A stretch of 64,000 nt of DNA, taken from the NCBI GenBank assembly GCA_964016885.1, contig OZ024748.1, positions 56,544,001 through 56,608,000 of the forward strand, given 5' to 3'. The notes under the pieces are model-generated. The model saw nothing but the letters and a program-made list of their open reading frames with translations. It was not told the DNA's origin and made no database searches. Positions within the stretch are counted from its first letter, which is position 1, and the number at the start of each line of letters is the position of its first letter. Shown piece after piece: positions 61,334 through 64,000 of the stretch. This stretch comes from Eledone cirrhosa (taxonomy: Eukaryota). Both the position numbers and the translations under genes were made by a program.

Positions 61334-61416
61334 CCACCTATCTATGTACCTATATATATATATATATTTCCACCTATCTACGTAACTATATATATATATA
61401 TTTCCACCTATCTACG

Positions 61417-61455
<39 letters not shown>

Positions 61456-61467
61456 CCACCTATCTAC

Positions 61468-61517
<50 letters not shown>

Positions 61518-61595
61518 CCACCTATCTACGTATATATATATATATATATATTTCCACCTATCTACGTAACTATATATATATATATATATATATAC
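61331..61595. repeat. Compound repeat: six tttccacctatctacgta(ac) units separated by variable (TA)n
   Basis: Units at ~61331, 61367, 61401, 61453, 61515 and 61551. Confidence 0.93.
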
Positions 61596-61856
61596 TTATT
61601 ACGTTTGGTAATATTATATGAACCTCACTGTCGGAAATCATCCTATATTTAAAGGGCAGATTTTTTTCCACGGAACGAACTCGTTATTACACATATATAC
61701 ACATATGTTCCCAGATATACTGTACCTATATATATATATATATATATATATACATTGATTATATATATGCATACACAAATATATCTACGTGGGAATACAT
61801 AATATATATATAGTATATATAATCATTTTAAATATAGACACACACACACACAGAGT

Positions 61857-61906
<50 letters not shown>

Positions 61907-61941
61907 AATATTAACAAAAATAGACATTCGTGTGATATATG

Positions 61942-61982
<41 letters not shown>

Positions 61983-62290
61983 GTATACACAATAAATATA
62001 TATATGTATATATATATCTAACTGGCCTGACTATCTGAGTATGTGTCTATTTTATAAACACTATAGATAATATCAATGGCTATCATCAATTTCACAGTTG
62101 ATACTGCATTCAATGATAGGTTAAAAGTTCCGTCAAGTCAGTTGCTAATATAGATTATATTGCAGGATTTAGCAGTGTAATTTCTAATTCCTATGCTATA
62201 AAATTACCTGCTCACCTAGTCATATTTCTGCTATCCTCCTACATATGCTCACAGCCACACCCGCACTTTATATATACATATATATATACA

Positions 62291-62335
<45 letters not shown>

Positions 62336-62390
62336 AACGATATTTTGTTATCATATATATATATATATACCTTTAACGATATCTTGTTAT

Positions 62391-62440
<50 letters not shown>

Positions 62441-62944
62441 TGCGTGTGTATGTGTGTTTGTGTATGTAATTATGTGCGTACCAGAATGGTGAAACTTATG
62501 TGGTAGATTTCTGATAATTACAAAGTCAATATGGAAGAACGACATTCAATGGTAATAGAGACTGTCAAACACACTAAACTCTACTGTAAAACGCTCTTCA
62601 ATTTACCCCTAATTGCCATTACTAACATTTCTAATGTTATTATCACCATTATTTCTACAATAGAATGCAAATTTCACACAACATTATTGTGTTCCTCCCT
62701 CTTCCTAATGCGTGTGCAGCTATTTCTTTACCGAACATAAAATTATGTCTATATTCCTATATGTGTCCGTAACTCTTCCATTCGTCATACATTTAAACCT
62801 GGCGGACCTTATAATTGTCCAGGTCGGAATAGATCATATTTCGTCTGCTAGAATAGAGAGATGTGGTCTAAGATAAGTGCAAATGTGATATAAAGGAAGA
62901 ATCCACCACAGAATTAAACTGGTATATATTTTCAACCTTGATAT

Positions 62945-63045
62945 CGAAAAATGCAATGCTGGCTTCACATGAATTTGAACTCAGGTCATGAAAAGAGGAA
63001 AGGAGAAAACGAAGCAAAGCATATTGTCCGATATTCTACCGATTT
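62945..63045 (-). mobile_element. Highly degenerate SINE S1-like copy
   Basis: gaatttgaactcag...aaagcatattgtccgatattctaccgat resembles the S1 head in reverse. Confidence 0.45.
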
Positions 63046-64000
63046 TACTCCTTCTCTGGTAATGCTTTTAACTTGACCTATACCGTCCCCAAAATTATAA
63101 CTATTTTTAGATCAGGAACACTGTAGATTGAAAGTGTTTTTACCTGTCTTTGTACAATATGTTCATCGTGAAAGACTGAGATGCCTATGGACGTCGATAG
63201 TCGGCTTTCTTAGCAGTCATTGATATCTGATCTCTTTGTTGCGAATCATTGTCAATCTCCATAATAATTTCCTAAACCAATATGGGCATCTTTGTGACAA
63301 GTACAGGTTTTATTACATAATTCACAACTTTTTTCTGTATAATATTCATTAGACCTGCTGACTACATCATACATGTCAATACAGTATAGTTAATCATTAT
63401 GCCCTAACACTCTCTTCGTATAGGTTGGACAGGCATTTCTTTATGATATGCTATTTTCATCATTAGAGTTAGAACGTTTTTCTCACTAAAACATGAGCAA
63501 CAATCATTCGTACATATATACACGACCAATGAATATAACAGTTCATAATACTAAAGCTACATCTGGCTATCCCATACGAAAAAGAGACCGAAATGTTAAG
63601 GTTAATTTCCAAATTTAGGAACCGTTAAACTAATACGTCCTTAGAAAATGATGTGTGTGTGTGTGTGTGTGTATGTATGAGTGCGTGTTTGTCACATAAA
63701 CTATCACATCTTACCGAGGTGAATAAAACATACTTGGAATTCATAGGCTGCATTCTCATGAGAGGGGAAGATAAATAGATAAGAACGAGAGGAAGAGTTG
63801 CCCTTAATATCTTTGCTGATGAATTATTGCGGAAAATTAAATCGTGCTTGGGTGATATTTCACCAGAACATTATCACCTCTGTATATATTCACAGATGCC
63901 TCCGACCAGTGTATATTATTCATCCAATAACATTCATCATACACATTCAACAAGGATATCAATTCATTGAGAACATATTCCATCTCTTAAACCATTCATT

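Noticed and set aside
61331-61595. Repeat-spacer pattern resembling a CRISPR array
   Set aside because: The spacers are only (TA)n.
63816-63840. CTGATGA...GAAA
   Set aside because: No stem II or stem I pairing; likely chance.
56000-64000. Host exons in the more unique-looking stretches (also 34.5-37.6 kb)
   Set aside because: No ORF with recognisable protein features; small spliced exons cannot be excluded without transcript data.

Overview
AT-rich animal genomic DNA with no recognisable host gene. It is saturated with (TA)n, (TACA)n, (CA)n, (GA)n and trinucleotide microsatellites, and nearly every ORF in the track is a microsatellite translation. The repeat style suggests a cephalopod (octopus-like) genome, which is an inference. 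Real coding remnants are all retroelements: four 5'-truncated copies of one RTE-like LINE, a CR1/L2-group LINE 3' end, two decayed R4/Dong-like LINE fragments and a Penelope-like (PLE) GIY-YIG endonuclease end. About 20 copies of one tRNA-derived SINE and about 4 of a CORE-like SINE are also present. The most interesting layer is invisible in the ORF track. A dozen or more unrelated short elements sit inside (TA)n tracts, mostly as asymmetric fold-backs, and about ten families carry type I hammerhead ribozyme (HHR) motifs, often just before AATAAA. Three sequence-dissimilar families (~4.9, ~24.5 and ~27.2 kb) share an atypical HHR with a CCGANGA-type core and a ~60-nt stem II extension containing a conserved GA(G/A)TC...GATC-loop-GATC...(C/T)GAGC module. 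This is a candidate undescribed HHR subclass. All folds were assigned by eye; no computation was run.
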